This document shows positions 18,349 to 28,629 of a DNA stretch of 63,167 nucleotides, piece after piece. The DNA lies in NCBI GenBank assembly GCA_015233195.1, contig JADFYE010000013.1, positions 1 through 63,167 of the forward strand, given 5' to 3'. Made by a program: the position numbers and the translations under genes. The notes beneath the pieces were generated by a model. The model was not told the DNA's origin. It searched no databases and saw only the letters and a list, made by a program, of their open reading frames with translations. The stretch comes from Candidatus Omnitrophota bacterium (GTDB lineage: Bacteria > Omnitrophota > Gorgyraeia > Zapsychrales > Zapsychraceae). The first letter of the stretch is position 1. Each line of letters starts with the position of its first letter.

Positions 18349-19596
18349 ATGTCGAATGATCGTTTTAAAATATTTTATCCGGGAATGCGGGTGAAACGGT
18401 GGTTGTTCACGGTATTATCCGGGGTTGTAGTCGTCGGAATAGGTGCGGGGCTCACTTCTAAATTTGATTATTTTTTTGTGCGAGTTTTAGGAATGCTTTG
18501 GATCTTATGCGGGATTGTTTTGATTGTAATGGGGGTTTCTAAGACGATTGTTTCCCTTTTGACTTTGTTTTTGCCTAAGGGCGAACAAGATTTAGTAAGT
18601 ATTTTATATCAGCGCCGGTACCTTGAACGGGGACCTAAAATTGTTGCGATCGGAGGAGGACATGGATTGTCCCATCTCTTGTCGGGTTTGAAGGAATATA
18701 CGTCGAATATTACCGCGATTGTTACGGTAGCGGACAGCGGTGGTTCTTCTGGAAGATTGCGGGAAGCTTTTGATATTGTAGCTCCGGGGGATATACGTAA
18801 TTGTTTAGTGGCTTTAGCGGACGCTCCGGCTTTGATGGGCGAGTTATTTCAGTTTAGGTTCTCACAAGAATCAGAATTGAAAGGACATAATTTCGGGAAT
18901 TTGTTTTTAACTGCGATGTTTCAGGTTACTGGACGGGACTTTGAACGCGCGGTAAAAGAAACTAGTCGAGTATTGGCAATTAGAGGTAAGGTCGTTCCTT
19001 CGACGGTTAACAATATTCATTTGGTGGCTGAGTATGAGGATGGCACGGTTACCCGGGGAGAAGCGCATATTCCTAATCCGAAATCAAGAGTTAAAAGAAT
19101 ATATTTGACTGGAGAGGAAGCAAAGCCTACGCAGGATGCTTTAAACGCGATAGCAGAAGCAGATGCTATTATTATGGGTCCGGGAAGTTTGTATACGAGT
19201 GTTATCCCGAATTTGATAATTGAAGGAATGAGTGAAGCTTTAGTAAAATCATCCGCGTTTAAAATTTATGTATGCAACATGATGACCCAGCATGGTGAAA
19301 GTGATAGCTATACGGCGAGCGACCATCTGGCAGCTGTAGTGCAGCATTCAGACGCTAAAGCAGTAGATGCTTGTGTGTTGAATAATAATTTGGACGCGCC
19401 TGAAGAAGCGCTGAGTAGATATAAAGCTCAGGATTCTTATTCGGTACAACCGGATTGCGATAAAATAAGGGAAATGGGATATATCGCTTATGCTACAGAT
19501 CTTTTAAGTGTAACTGATTATGTGCGGCATGATTCAAAAAAATTGAATCGGGCGATAATTAAATTAATTGAACAATATCGGGTAATCAAACGTTAG
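18349..19596 (+). CDS. YvcK/CofD-family (gluconeogenesis factor-like) protein with N-terminal two-TM anchor
   Basis: IVAIGGGHGLSHLLSGLK, VTVADSGGSSGRLR, GPGSLYTSVIPNL. Preceded by about 85 aa carrying two hydrophobic helices. Confidence 0.85.
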   Translation: MSNDRFKIFYPGMRVKRWLFTVLSGVVVVGIGAGLTSKFDYFFVRVLGMLWILCGIVLIVMGVSKTIVSLLTLFLPKGEQDLVSILYQRRYLERGPKIVAIGGGHGLSHLLSGLKEYTSNITAIVTVADSGGSSGRLREAFDIVAPGDIRNCLVALADAPALMGELFQFRFSQESELKGHNFGNLFLTAMFQVTGRDFERAVKETSRVLAIRGKVVPSTVNNIHLVAEYEDGTVTRGEAHIPNPKSRVKRIYLTGEEAKPTQDALNAIAEADAIIMGPGSLYTSVIPNLIIEGMSEALVKSSAFKIYVCNMMTQHGESDSYTASDHLAAVVQHSDAKAVDACVLNNNLDAPEEALSRYKAQDSYSVQPDCDKIREMGYIAYATDLLSVTDYVRHDSKKLNRAIIKLIEQYRVIKR

Positions 19597-19603
19597 AATT
19601 ATA

Positions 19604-19873
19604 ATGTCTAAAATAGAGCGGGAAGTCATAATTCGTAATCCTCAAGGTTTACATGCTCGACCATCAGCAATGTTTGTGCAGATAGTGTCTAAATATGATG
19701 CGCATGTCACTTTACGCAAAGGTGATGAAGAGGTAAATGGCAGGTCAATTATGGGGATTTTGACTTTGGGAGCACAGCATAATTCAAAAGTTTTGATTTC
19801 TGCTGAAGGTGATGATGCCCAGCAAGTTATAGATGAATTGGAAGTTTTATTGCTTAAGGAAAAACCAGAATGA
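19604..19873 (+). CDS. ptsH: Phosphocarrier protein HPr/NPr
   Basis: 89 aa. His-15 motif GLHARPSA. Ser-46-like region NGRSIMGILTLGA. Confidence 0.9.
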   Translation: MSKIEREVIIRNPQGLHARPSAMFVQIVSKYDAHVTLRKGDEEVNGRSIMGILTLGAQHNSKVLISAEGDDAQQVIDELEVLLLKEKPE

Positions 19874-21633
19874 AAGAAATTGTTTTAAAAGGTATCCCTG
19901 CTGCTCCTGGTATTGCTTCAGGTTTGGCGTTTATCCTGGATAAACAGGAATATATCGTCACGCCTCGGGCTATCCTGGAAAAAGAAGTGCCGATTGAGAT
20001 CGCGCGTTTTGAAGAAGCGTTGATCCATACGCGGCAGGAGATAATTGAAATAAAAAAGAAAATGAGCAATGAACTTCTGGGCGAGCATGCTCAGTTATTC
20101 GACGCGCATTTATTGGTGTTGGAAGACCGGGCTTTGATTGAAGACGTGGTTAAACGTATTAAAAAAGAACATTTGGGATGTGAATATATATTCGCGGAAG
20201 TTATAAAGAAATACGCTAAGATTTTTTCAAAGATAGAAGATGAATATTTGCGGGAGCGGGTTACTGATATTAATGATGTCGGACGCAGAGTATTGAAAAA
20301 TTTAATTGGTGAACAAAAGCTCCATGATCTTAATTCTATCACGGAAGCTTTGATTATTATTGGTCATGATCTTTCGCCGTCTGATACCGCAAGTATGTAT
20401 AACAAAAATATAATTGCGTTTGCGACTGATATTGGTGGACGAACGTCGCATACCGCTATCATGGCTAAGACTTTAGGGGTTCCGGCTATAGTTGGTTTAA
20501 AGGATGCGACTTTACAGATTCAGAATCAGGATTATTTGATTGTGGATGGACGAAAAGGTCTTTTGATCATAAATCCAGAAGCTGAAACTATAGCGTTTTA
20601 TGAGAAAGAAAAGAATCGTATAGAGGAATTCAAAGGGCAGTTTCAGGATATTAAGAATTTGCCGGCTGAAACTATAGACGGACATAGGGTAAAACTTTTT
20701 GCGAATTTGGAATTGGCGGATGAAGTAGATAGCGCGCGTGAAAATTTTGCCGAGGGTATAGGTTTGTATAGGACTGAGTTTTTTTATATGAACCGTACTG
20801 ATATGCCCACTGAAGAGGAGCAATTTGTAGCGTATAAAAAAGTGGTTGAAGCTATGCCGGGCATGGATGTGATTATCCGTACGCTGGATCTGGGAGGGGA
20901 CAAATTTATTTCAAGTTTGCAGATACCTAAAGAAATGTATGCGTATTGGGGTTGGCGTGCGATCCGTTTTTGTTTAGCGTGTCCGGATATTTTTAAGACG
21001 CAGTTACGTGCGATTTTACGGGCTTCACATTATGGTAAGTTACGGATCATGTATCCGATGATATCTGGAGCTGAAGATTTACGTAAGGCTAACGCTATTT
21101 TAGATGAAGTTCGAGCTTCATTACGTAGGGACAAAATTCCTTTTGATGAGAATTTGATGGTGGGTATTATGGTTGAAGTTCCGTCAGCGGCTATGACTGC
21201 TGATCTTTTGGCGAAGGAATCAGCATTTTTTAGTATTGGGACGAATGATCTTATTCAATATACTTTGGCGGTTGACCGGGTTAATGAACAGACTGCGGAT
21301 TTATATCAACCTGGGCATCCAGGGGTGCTGCGTTTGATTAAGCGCACAGTCGACGCTGCGCATGTTGAAGGCAAAGAAGTGAGTGTGTGCGGAGAAATGG
21401 CTAATGAGCCGCATTTAGCTTTGCTTTTGATAGGCATGGGTGTGGATTCTTTGAGTATGTCGTCGTTGAGTATATTGCAAATAAAGAAAATGGTTAGAAG
21501 TATTAAATATTCTGATGCTAAGAATTTAGCAGATAAAGTTTTGCAGTTATCTACGGGTCATGAAGTGGAAACGTTGGCAAATAATACTTTGAAAGATTTG
21601 ATTCCGGGATTATTTAGTTCAAAAACTGAATAA
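19870..21633 (+). CDS. ptsI: Phosphoenolpyruvate-protein phosphotransferase (PTS Enzyme I)
   Basis: ATGA overlap with the HPr gene. GGRTSHTAIMAK phospho-His motif, GIGLYRTEF, SIGTNDLIQY. Confidence 0.93.
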   Translation: MKEIVLKGIPAAPGIASGLAFILDKQEYIVTPRAILEKEVPIEIARFEEALIHTRQEIIEIKKKMSNELLGEHAQLFDAHLLVLEDRALIEDVVKRIKKEHLGCEYIFAEVIKKYAKIFSKIEDEYLRERVTDINDVGRRVLKNLIGEQKLHDLNSITEALIIIGHDLSPSDTASMYNKNIIAFATDIGGRTSHTAIMAKTLGVPAIVGLKDATLQIQNQDYLIVDGRKGLLIINPEAETIAFYEKEKNRIEEFKGQFQDIKNLPAETIDGHRVKLFANLELADEVDSARENFAEGIGLYRTEFFYMNRTDMPTEEEQFVAYKKVVEAMPGMDVIIRTLDLGGDKFISSLQIPKEMYAYWGWRAIRFCLACPDIFKTQLRAILRASHYGKLRIMYPMISGAEDLRKANAILDEVRASLRRDKIPFDENLMVGIMVEVPSAAMTADLLAKESAFFSIGTNDLIQYTLAVDRVNEQTADLYQPGHPGVLRLIKRTVDAAHVEGKEVSVCGEMANEPHLALLLIGMGVDSLSMSSLSILQIKKMVRSIKYSDAKNLADKVLQLSTGHEVETLANNTLKDLIPGLFSSKTE

Positions 21634-21644
21634 GGGGGAAGTGC

Positions 21645-22379
21645 ATGAAAGTTTTGGTTCTGGCAGCAGGTTATGGCACCCGGCTTTATCCGATAATTAA
21701 AGATACTGCTAAAGCTCTTTTAGAGATAAATGGAAAACCATTGATAAACTATATTTTGGATCGGATTAAAGGTCTAAATGGTTTAAATGAAGTTATTGTG
21801 GTAACCAATAATAAATTTTATGATCAGTTTATTACTTGGTCTAAAACTTTGACAGTTCCTTTTAAAGTTACGATAGTAAATGATCAGACTAAAACGCCAG
21901 AGACTAGATTAGGCTCGATTGGTGATATAAATTTTACTTTGAATAATTATCCGATTAAGGATGATTTGTTGGTAGTTGGAGGAGACAATCTTTTTGATTA
22001 TAATGTCGATGAATATGTAAAATTCGCGCAAAAAAATAATGCGGCTACTATTGGGTTGTATGATATAGGAAGTTTGAAAGAAGCCAAATTATTTGGAGTA
22101 GTGGCGGTTGATGAACATCGTAAAGTAACATTATTTGAAGAGAAGCCGGCAGAGCCAAAATCAACGCTGATAGCTATGTGTTTTTATTATCTGCCTGCGC
22201 ACACTTTGGGTACAGTAGCAAAATATTTGCAAGAGTGTAAGACCGCGGATAAAGCAGGCGATTATATAAAATGGCTTTATAAACAGATTGATGTTTTTGG
22301 TTTTAAATTTTCTGGTACATGGTATGATATCGGCAGTGTCGAGGCTTATTATGAGGCACAGAAAAAATTTAAACCTTAA
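21645..22379 (+). CDS. Sugar-1-phosphate nucleotidylyltransferase (NTP_transferase family); substrate unknown
   Basis: N-terminal LVLAAGYGTRLYPIIKDTAKALLEINGKPLI signature. 244 aa. Confidence 0.75.
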   Translation: MKVLVLAAGYGTRLYPIIKDTAKALLEINGKPLINYILDRIKGLNGLNEVIVVTNNKFYDQFITWSKTLTVPFKVTIVNDQTKTPETRLGSIGDINFTLNNYPIKDDLLVVGGDNLFDYNVDEYVKFAQKNNAATIGLYDIGSLKEAKLFGVVAVDEHRKVTLFEEKPAEPKSTLIAMCFYYLPAHTLGTVAKYLQECKTADKAGDYIKWLYKQIDVFGFKFSGTWYDIGSVEAYYEAQKKFKP

Positions 22380-22434
22380 TATTGTGTATTTTTATTTCTT
22401 ACGCTACAATTAATTTTTTAAAAAACCCATAAAT

Positions 22435-23601
22435 ATGAAAGGCGGGTTGAAAGTGAAAGGGAATTATTTCATAACTTCAGAATCAGTAGGTGCCGGTCAT
22501 CCGGATAAAGTATGTGACCAAATTTCTGACTCAGTGTTAGATGCAGTATTAAAAGATGACCCAATGGGACGTGTGGCTTGCGAAACTTTTGTTACTATGG
22601 GTTTAGTGATTGTAGGCGGTGAAATCACGACTAAAACATATATTGATGTTCCGAAATTAGTCCGTTCTTTGTTAAAGGATATCGGGTATACGCATCAAAA
22701 ATACGGCTTTGATGGAAGCACCTGTTCGATCTTAAATGCAATTAATAGTCAGTCACCAGATATTTCTCAAGGTGTGGACGCTGGCGGCGCAGGAGATCAG
22801 GGTATTATGTATGGTTATGCGACTGATGAGACCAAAGAATATATGCCGCTTCCGATTACATTAGCGCATAAATTGGTTAAACGGGTTTCTGATGTGCGAG
22901 TAAGCAATGAATTAAAATATTTAGGACCGGATTGTAAGAGTCAAGTAACAGTTGAATATGATAATGGACAGCCTAAACGTATCGACGCTGTAGTATTAGC
23001 ATGTCAGCATACTGAAGATATTTTGGATAAGACTGGCATGAAGATTACAACCAAAGCTCGTAATGAGATGATCGATGTAATTGCTAAACCTATTGTAGGA
23101 AAATTAATGGATAACAAAACCAAGTTTTTTGTTAATGAAACTGGTAAATTCGTGGTCGGTGGTCCGCAATCAGATACTGGTATGACTGGACGTAAGATTA
23201 TTGTTGATACTTACGGTGGTGTGGTTCCTCACGGCGGCGGGGCTTTTTCAGGAAAAGATCCGACTAAAGTAGACCGTTCAGCAGCATACATGGCACGTTA
23301 TATTTCAAAAAATATCGTAGCTGCAGGATTAGCAAATAAATGTTTGATCCAGCTAAGTTATGCGATTGGTTATCCGGAACCGTTGAGTATTTTCGTTGAT
23401 ACTTTTGGTACTGGTAAAGTTTCAGAACAGAAATTAGTCGCTTTGATCCGTCAGAATTTTGATCTTACTCCAAAAGGCATTATCAAGAAATTGGATCTTC
23501 GCAAGCCGGTTTTCCGTAGGACCGCAGCTTATGGTCACTTCGGACGCAATGAATTTGCTTGGGAAAAAACTGATATGGCAGAGGTTTTGAAAAAAGGATA
23601 A
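22435..23601 (+). CDS. metK: S-adenosylmethionine synthetase
   Basis: [46 protein letters not shown]. Start may be a few codons downstream (GTG). Confidence 0.96.
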   Translation: MKGGLKVKGNYFITSESVGAGHPDKVCDQISDSVLDAVLKDDPMGRVACETFVTMGLVIVGGEITTKTYIDVPKLVRSLLKDIGYTHQKYGFDGSTCSILNAINSQSPDISQGVDAGGAGDQGIMYGYATDETKEYMPLPITLAHKLVKRVSDVRVSNELKYLGPDCKSQVTVEYDNGQPKRIDAVVLACQHTEDILDKTGMKITTKARNEMIDVIAKPIVGKLMDNKTKFFVNETGKFVVGGPQSDTGMTGRKIIVDTYGGVVPHGGGAFSGKDPTKVDRSAAYMARYISKNIVAAGLANKCLIQLSYAIGYPEPLSIFVDTFGTGKVSEQKLVALIRQNFDLTPKGIIKKLDLRKPVFRRTAAYGHFGRNEFAWEKTDMAEVLKKG

Positions 23602-23610
23602 GGTATATTA

Positions 23611-25026
23611 ATGAATAACGTTATTAAACGTAAAGATTTTAAAGTTGCAGATCTTTCTTTAGCAAAACTTGGACATAAAGAAATTGAACTGGCAGAAGTA
23701 GAAATGCCGGGTTTAATGGCATTACAAAAAAAATACGGTGTCAAAAAACCTTTGAAAGGCGCAAAGATTATGGGGTCATTGCACATGACCACCCAGACTG
23801 CAGTGCTGATCAAAACTTTACAAGTGTTAGGCGCGGATGTGCGTTGGGCAAGTTGTAATATTTTTTCAACTGTTGACGCTGCAGCAGCTGCTATTGTTGA
23901 ATGTGGTGTGCCGGTATTTGCTTGGAAAGGTGAGACTTTAAAGGAATATTGGTGGTGTACTAAGATGGCTTTAACTTGGCCGGATGGCAGCGGACCTGAC
24001 CTGATCGTTGATGACGGCGGCGATGCTACCATGATGGTGCATATTGGATATGACGCTGAAGATAATGCGTCGGTGTTGAATAAAAAAGATTGCGGGGAAG
24101 ATGAACGCGAATTATATGCTTGTTTAAAAGAGATATTGAAAGAGACTCCTAATAAATGGCATAAAGTGATGAAAGGTATTCGTGGTGTTTCTGAAGAAAC
24201 GACTACTGGCGTTCATCGTTTATATCAGATGAAAGAAGCCGGGAAATTAAAATTTCCCGCGTTTAACGTAAATGATTCAGTGACCAAATCCAAGTTTGAT
24301 AATTTGTACGGCTGTCGTGAATCTTTGGCAGACGGCATCAAACGCGCGACTGGTGTTATGTTGGCAGGCAAAGTGGTAGTGGTTTGCGGTTATGGTGACG
24401 TGGGTAAAGGTTGTGCTCGTTCGATGAGTATGTACGGCGCCCGCGTGATTGTAACTGAGATCGATCCAATTTGCGCTTTGCAGGCGACCATGGAGGGTTA
24501 TGCGGTTAGAACATTAGAAGATTCTTTGAAAGAAGGCGATCTTTTTGTAACAGCTACAGGTAACAGTAATATAGTTACTGCAGAACATATGTCAAAGATG
24601 AAACATTTCGCGATTGTGTGCAACATTGGTCATTTTGACAACGAGATCGATATGGCTGGCTTGTATAATACCAAGGGTATAAAACGTATAAATATTAAGC
24701 CGCAGGTCGATCAATTCGCGTTTCCCGATGGTCATTCTATTATTGTTTTAGCTGAAGGTCGTTTAGTGAACTTAGGTTGCGCGATCGGTCATCCGTCATT
24801 CGTGATGAGTAATTCATTTACGAATCAAACTTTAGCTCAAATTGATTTGTGGGCGAATAAATATCCAGTAGATGTTTATCGTTTGCCCAAAAAATTAGAT
24901 GAAGAAGTTGCCCGCTTGCATTTAGAAAAAGTTGGTGCGAAGTTAACAAAATTAACGCCTAAGCAAGCGGAGTATATTGGTGTAGACGTTAATGGGCCTT
25001 ATAAGCCGGAACATTATAGGTATTAA
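23611..25026 (+). CDS. ahcY: Adenosylhomocysteinase
   Basis: 471 aa. [33 protein letters not shown]. Confidence 0.96.
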   Translation: MNNVIKRKDFKVADLSLAKLGHKEIELAEVEMPGLMALQKKYGVKKPLKGAKIMGSLHMTTQTAVLIKTLQVLGADVRWASCNIFSTVDAAAAAIVECGVPVFAWKGETLKEYWWCTKMALTWPDGSGPDLIVDDGGDATMMVHIGYDAEDNASVLNKKDCGEDERELYACLKEILKETPNKWHKVMKGIRGVSEETTTGVHRLYQMKEAGKLKFPAFNVNDSVTKSKFDNLYGCRESLADGIKRATGVMLAGKVVVVCGYGDVGKGCARSMSMYGARVIVTEIDPICALQATMEGYAVRTLEDSLKEGDLFVTATGNSNIVTAEHMSKMKHFAIVCNIGHFDNEIDMAGLYNTKGIKRINIKPQVDQFAFPDGHSIIVLAEGRLVNLGCAIGHPSFVMSNSFTNQTLAQIDLWANKYPVDVYRLPKKLDEEVARLHLEKVGAKLTKLTPKQAEYIGVDVNGPYKPEHYRY

Positions 25027-25152
25027 CAGACTGTTGAAAAACGCTCATCTGCGGCGTTATTCCCTGCTAATGTTTGTGCGGCGTACAATAATTACGTACG
25101 CCTCCGCACATTCTCGGGAATGCCTGGCATTTGAGCATTTTTGAACAGTCTG
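25027..25152 (-). repeat. Intergenic hairpin repeat, family B, copy 2 (inverted relative to copy 1)
   Basis: Starts on the first base after the ahcY stop. 15-nt terminal inverted repeats cagactgttgaaaaa / tttttgaacagtctg (1 mismatch). Central stem ggcgtac-N9-gtacgcc (25080-25102). Its reverse complement aligns with 12565-12686. Confidence 0.85.
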
Positions 25153-25175
25153 AAAAACAAGGAAAGGAAGTTGAA

Positions 25176-26165
25176 ATGGTAAAGATTTATAGTGATAAAG
25201 ATGCGGATCTGAAACAATTAAATGGCAAGACTATTGCTATTATTGGTTATGGTATTCAAGGTCGCGGACAAGCTTTGAATTTGCGTGACAGTGGACTTAA
25301 AGTAATTGTAAGTGAACTTGAAGGCAATGATAATTATAAATTAGCGATTAAAGACGGGTTTACGCCGGTTGATGCTGCTACAGCTGCTAAACAAGGTGAT
25401 ATTATTCAGATTTTGACCCAGGATCATGCTCAAGCTGATTTGTATAAAAAATTTATTTCTAAAGAAATGAAACCAGGGAAATCTTTGGTTTTCTCCCATG
25501 GTTTTAATATTCATTTTAAACAAATTGTTCCGCCTAAAAATGTGGACGTTTGGATGATCGCTCCTAAAGGTCCGGGCGCTTTAGTCCGTCAGCAATATGA
25601 AGAAGGAAAAGGTGTTCCTTGTTTAGTAGCCATTCATCAAGATGCTTCGAAGCATGCTTTGAAAGATGCTTTGGCATATGCTAAAGGCATTGGCGGTTCA
25701 CGCGCTGGAGTCATTCAAACTACTTTCAAAGAAGAGACAGAAACTGATCTTTTCGGCGAGCAAGCAGTTTTGTGCGGCGGATGCAGCGAGCTCGTATACG
25801 CAGGTTTTGATACTTTGGTAAAAGCTGGATATCAGCCAGAGATCGCTTATTATGAATGTTTGCATGAGTTGAAATTGATTACTGATCTCATCTATTCTAA
25901 AGGTATCGACGGTATGCGCCGCAGGGTTTCAGATACTGCAGAGTATGGTGATTATTCGCGTGGTCCACGGATTATTACAAAAAAGACCCGTGAAGAAATG
26001 AAGAAAATTTTAAAAGAAATACAAACTGGTAAATTTGCTAAAGAATGGATTAAAGAGAATCAAAACGGCAGACCGAAGTTTAATAAATATCGTGCAGCAT
26101 CAGCTAAACATCCGATTGAGGCTGTTGGTAAAAAGCTACGCAGTATGATGCCGTGGATGGAATAA
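25176..26165 (+). CDS. ilvC: Ketol-acid reductoisomerase
   Basis: Start at MVKIYSDKD after aaggaag; the track's TTG-25131 start lies inside repeat B2. [19 protein letters not shown]. Confidence 0.95.
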   Translation: MVKIYSDKDADLKQLNGKTIAIIGYGIQGRGQALNLRDSGLKVIVSELEGNDNYKLAIKDGFTPVDAATAAKQGDIIQILTQDHAQADLYKKFISKEMKPGKSLVFSHGFNIHFKQIVPPKNVDVWMIAPKGPGALVRQQYEEGKGVPCLVAIHQDASKHALKDALAYAKGIGGSRAGVIQTTFKEETETDLFGEQAVLCGGCSELVYAGFDTLVKAGYQPEIAYYECLHELKLITDLIYSKGIDGMRRRVSDTAEYGDYSRGPRIITKKTREEMKKILKEIQTGKFAKEWIKENQNGRPKFNKYRAASAKHPIEAVGKKLRSMMPWME

Positions 26166-26181
26166 TATAGTAGTGGTAAGG

Positions 26182-26220
26182 GCTGTAAGTGGTAACCTTA
26201 CCACTTACAGCTTTTTTTTT
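26182..26220 (+). terminator. Strong intrinsic terminator between ilvC and leuA
   Basis: Perfect 12-bp stem gctgtaagtggt/accacttacagc, 6-nt loop, then T9. Confidence 0.85.
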
Positions 26221-26234
26221 AGATAGGAGTTATT

Positions 26235-27746
26235 ATGAAAAACGATAAAGTTTTAATTTTTGATACTACGCTGCGCGATGGTGAGCAGGCGCCGGGCGCG
26301 AGCATGAACCAGGACGAGAAAATGGCTATTGCTGCTGCGCTGGAAAAAATGGGCGTGGATATAATTGAAGCTGGGTTTCCGGTCAGTTCTCCCGGAGATT
26401 TTGAGTCGGTTAAATTAGTAGCTAAGACCATTAAAAGATCGATCGTCGCTGGATTAGCCCGTTCCATGAAAAAAGACATAGATGCCGCGTATGAAGCATT
26501 AAAAAGCGCTAAATATGGACGTATCCATGTTTTTTTGGCTACATCTAATATACACATGAAATTTAAGTTAAAAAAGAATCCGGACGAGGTTCTGCAAATG
26601 GCGATAGATGCGGTTAAATACGCGAAAAGCAAAATGGCAGATGTGGAATTCTCTGCTGAAGATGCTTCACGTTCGGATCGGGATTTTTTATGCAAGGTGG
26701 TTGAGGCAGCAATTAAGGCAGGAGCAAAGACAGTTAATATTCCGGATACTGTGGGGTATACAGTTCCGTCTTTGTTCGGACAATTAATTGGATACATAAA
26801 AAATAATGTGCCTAATATTAATAAAGCAGTAATATCAGTTCATTGTCATGATGATCTGGGATTATCAGTTTCAAATTCATTAGCAGCAATTGAGAATGGT
26901 GCTCGTCAAGTTGAGTGTACGGTCAATGGTATAGGTGAACGAGCCGGCAACGCGGCAATGGAAGAGATTGTGATGGCATTAAAGACTCGCAAGGATATTT
27001 ATAAATGCGAGACCAATATTAATACTAAAGAAATATGCCGCGTATCCCGTATGGTAAGTAAAGCTGCTGGTTTTGCGGTAGCGCCGAACAAAGCTATAGT
27101 CGGAGGCAACGCGTTTCTGCATGAGTCAGGTATTCATCAGCATGGGGTGCTGGCAGATCGTTCAACCTATGAAATTATTAAAGGTGAGGACGTGGGTTTT
27201 GTAGGTACAGGGCTGGTGTTAGGAAAACATTCAGGCAGGCATGGTTTTTGTGAAAGGTTAAAATTATTAGGTATTCAATTAACTGAAAAACAAATAGATC
27301 AGGCGTTTGACCGGTTTAAAATATTGGCGGATAAGAAGAAGGAAGTTTACGACGAGGATTTATTCGCGATCATTGAAGATGAAGTTAAAGCCGTGAAGAA
27401 TATCTGGTCTTTGGATTCTTTGGAATATAAGAGCGGCACTAAAGTTGAACCTTCGACTACGATAGCGTTGAAATCTGGCGGTAAAGTTTATAAGAAAACT
27501 TTAACTGGCGATGGACCAGTAGATGCTTGTTATAAAGCAATTGATGCTATCACTAAGGTTAAAGGCGAGCTTTTAGATTATTCAATTAAATCAGTTTCTC
27601 AAGGTGAGGACGCCATAGGCGAAGTTACTCTGAAATTGCGTTCAAAAGATCAGACTGTGATTGCGCATGGGGCGAGCACTGATATAGTTGAAGCGTCGGC
27701 AAAAGCGTACATAAATGCAATTAATAAAATATTAACGGTAAAATAA
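26235..27746 (+). CDS. leuA: 2-isopropylmalate synthase
   Basis: FDTTLRDGEQAPG, HCHDDLGLSVSNSLAA, C-terminal LeuA dimerisation/regulatory domain. 503 aa. Confidence 0.93.
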   Translation: MKNDKVLIFDTTLRDGEQAPGASMNQDEKMAIAAALEKMGVDIIEAGFPVSSPGDFESVKLVAKTIKRSIVAGLARSMKKDIDAAYEALKSAKYGRIHVFLATSNIHMKFKLKKNPDEVLQMAIDAVKYAKSKMADVEFSAEDASRSDRDFLCKVVEAAIKAGAKTVNIPDTVGYTVPSLFGQLIGYIKNNVPNINKAVISVHCHDDLGLSVSNSLAAIENGARQVECTVNGIGERAGNAAMEEIVMALKTRKDIYKCETNINTKEICRVSRMVSKAAGFAVAPNKAIVGGNAFLHESGIHQHGVLADRSTYEIIKGEDVGFVGTGLVLGKHSGRHGFCERLKLLGIQLTEKQIDQAFDRFKILADKKKEVYDEDLFAIIEDEVKAVKNIWSLDSLEYKSGTKVEPSTTIALKSGGKVYKKTLTGDGPVDACYKAIDAITKVKGELLDYSIKSVSQGEDAIGEVTLKLRSKDQTVIAHGASTDIVEASAKAYINAINKILTVK

Positions 27747-27753
27747 TAAACAG

Positions 27754-28629
27754 ATGATTGAAGATTCTAATTCTGCAATTTATGGGATCATAGGTAATCC
27801 TTTGGCGCACAGTTTGTCGCCGGTCATGCACAATGCCGCATTTGAAGCATTGGAAGTTGACGCGGTTTATAAACTTTTTCCGTTAAAAGAGGAAGAGCTT
27901 GATGGTTTTTTTAAAGACTTGAAAGATCCTTCTTCGCCTATATTTGGGCTTAATGTTACTGTGCCTTATAAAGAAAAAGTTATGCCATTTTTAGACGCGT
28001 TATCTCCGTTTGCTGCAAAAGTGGGAGCAGTAAATACCATTGTTATAGATGACAAACGTAAGCTGACTGGTCATAATACAGATGGACCAGGATTTTTATG
28101 TCATTTGCAGGAGTTGGGAGTTGATATTACGGATAAACGTATAGCAGTTTTAGGCGCTGGCGGGTCAGCCCGGGCAATATTGACTTCGTTGTGTTTATTA
28201 CCGGAAAGACCAGAATCGATACGTATTTATAATCGTACCGCGCAAAAAGTTGAAGATTTAATCGTTGAATTAGGCGGTAGAATGAACGTTGATATTTTAC
28301 AGGCTGTGAATGTTATTGAAGATCTTAATATTGAGTTGTGTGATATTTTGATTAATACTACGACTGTGGGTATGCAGCCGACAGATCCGATGTTGATTGA
28401 TCATAATTTATTGCATAAGGATATGCTGGTTTATGACATTATATATAATCCCGCAAAAACTTTACTATTAAAAGAAGCGCAAACTATAGGAGCTAATACT
28501 ACGAATGGTTTGGGCATGTTATTTTATCAGGGGGTGTTAGCTTTACAGCATTGGGCAAATCAGGAGATTGATGTAGGGGTTAAAATCTTAATGCGAGATA
28601 AACTTGAAGAGGAGAGTTATGGTCATTGA
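27754..28629 (+). CDS. aroE: Shikimate dehydrogenase
   Basis: YGIIGNPLAHSLSPVMHNAAF, NVTVPYK, GAGGSARA. Confidence 0.92.
   Translation: MIEDSNSAIYGIIGNPLAHSLSPVMHNAAFEALEVDAVYKLFPLKEEELDGFFKDLKDPSSPIFGLNVTVPYKEKVMPFLDALSPFAAKVGAVNTIVIDDKRKLTGHNTDGPGFLCHLQELGVDITDKRIAVLGAGGSARAILTSLCLLPERPESIRIYNRTAQKVEDLIVELGGRMNVDILQAVNVIEDLNIELCDILINTTTVGMQPTDPMLIDHNLLHKDMLVYDIIYNPAKTLLLKEAQTIGANTTNGLGMLFYQGVLALQHWANQEIDVGVKILMRDKLEEESYGH

Noticed and set aside
22380-22434. Possible SAM riboswitch upstream of metK
   Set aside because: The spacer is only about 55 nt, too short for any known SAM riboswitch class. Only a trivial 5-bp helix around the start codon is visible.
23535-24032. 165-aa minus-strand ORF
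   Set aside because: Antisense shadow spanning the metK end and the ahcY start. No independent support.
25131-25175. TTG-initiated N-terminal extension of ilvC ([15 protein letters not shown])
   Set aside because: The extension lies inside repeat B2. A canonical ATG with RBS follows at 25176, and KARI N-termini begin close to the GxGxxG fold.
26219-26797. 192-aa minus-strand ORF
   Set aside because: Antisense shadow of leuA, whose motifs are unambiguous. Its 3' end would run into the ilvC terminator.
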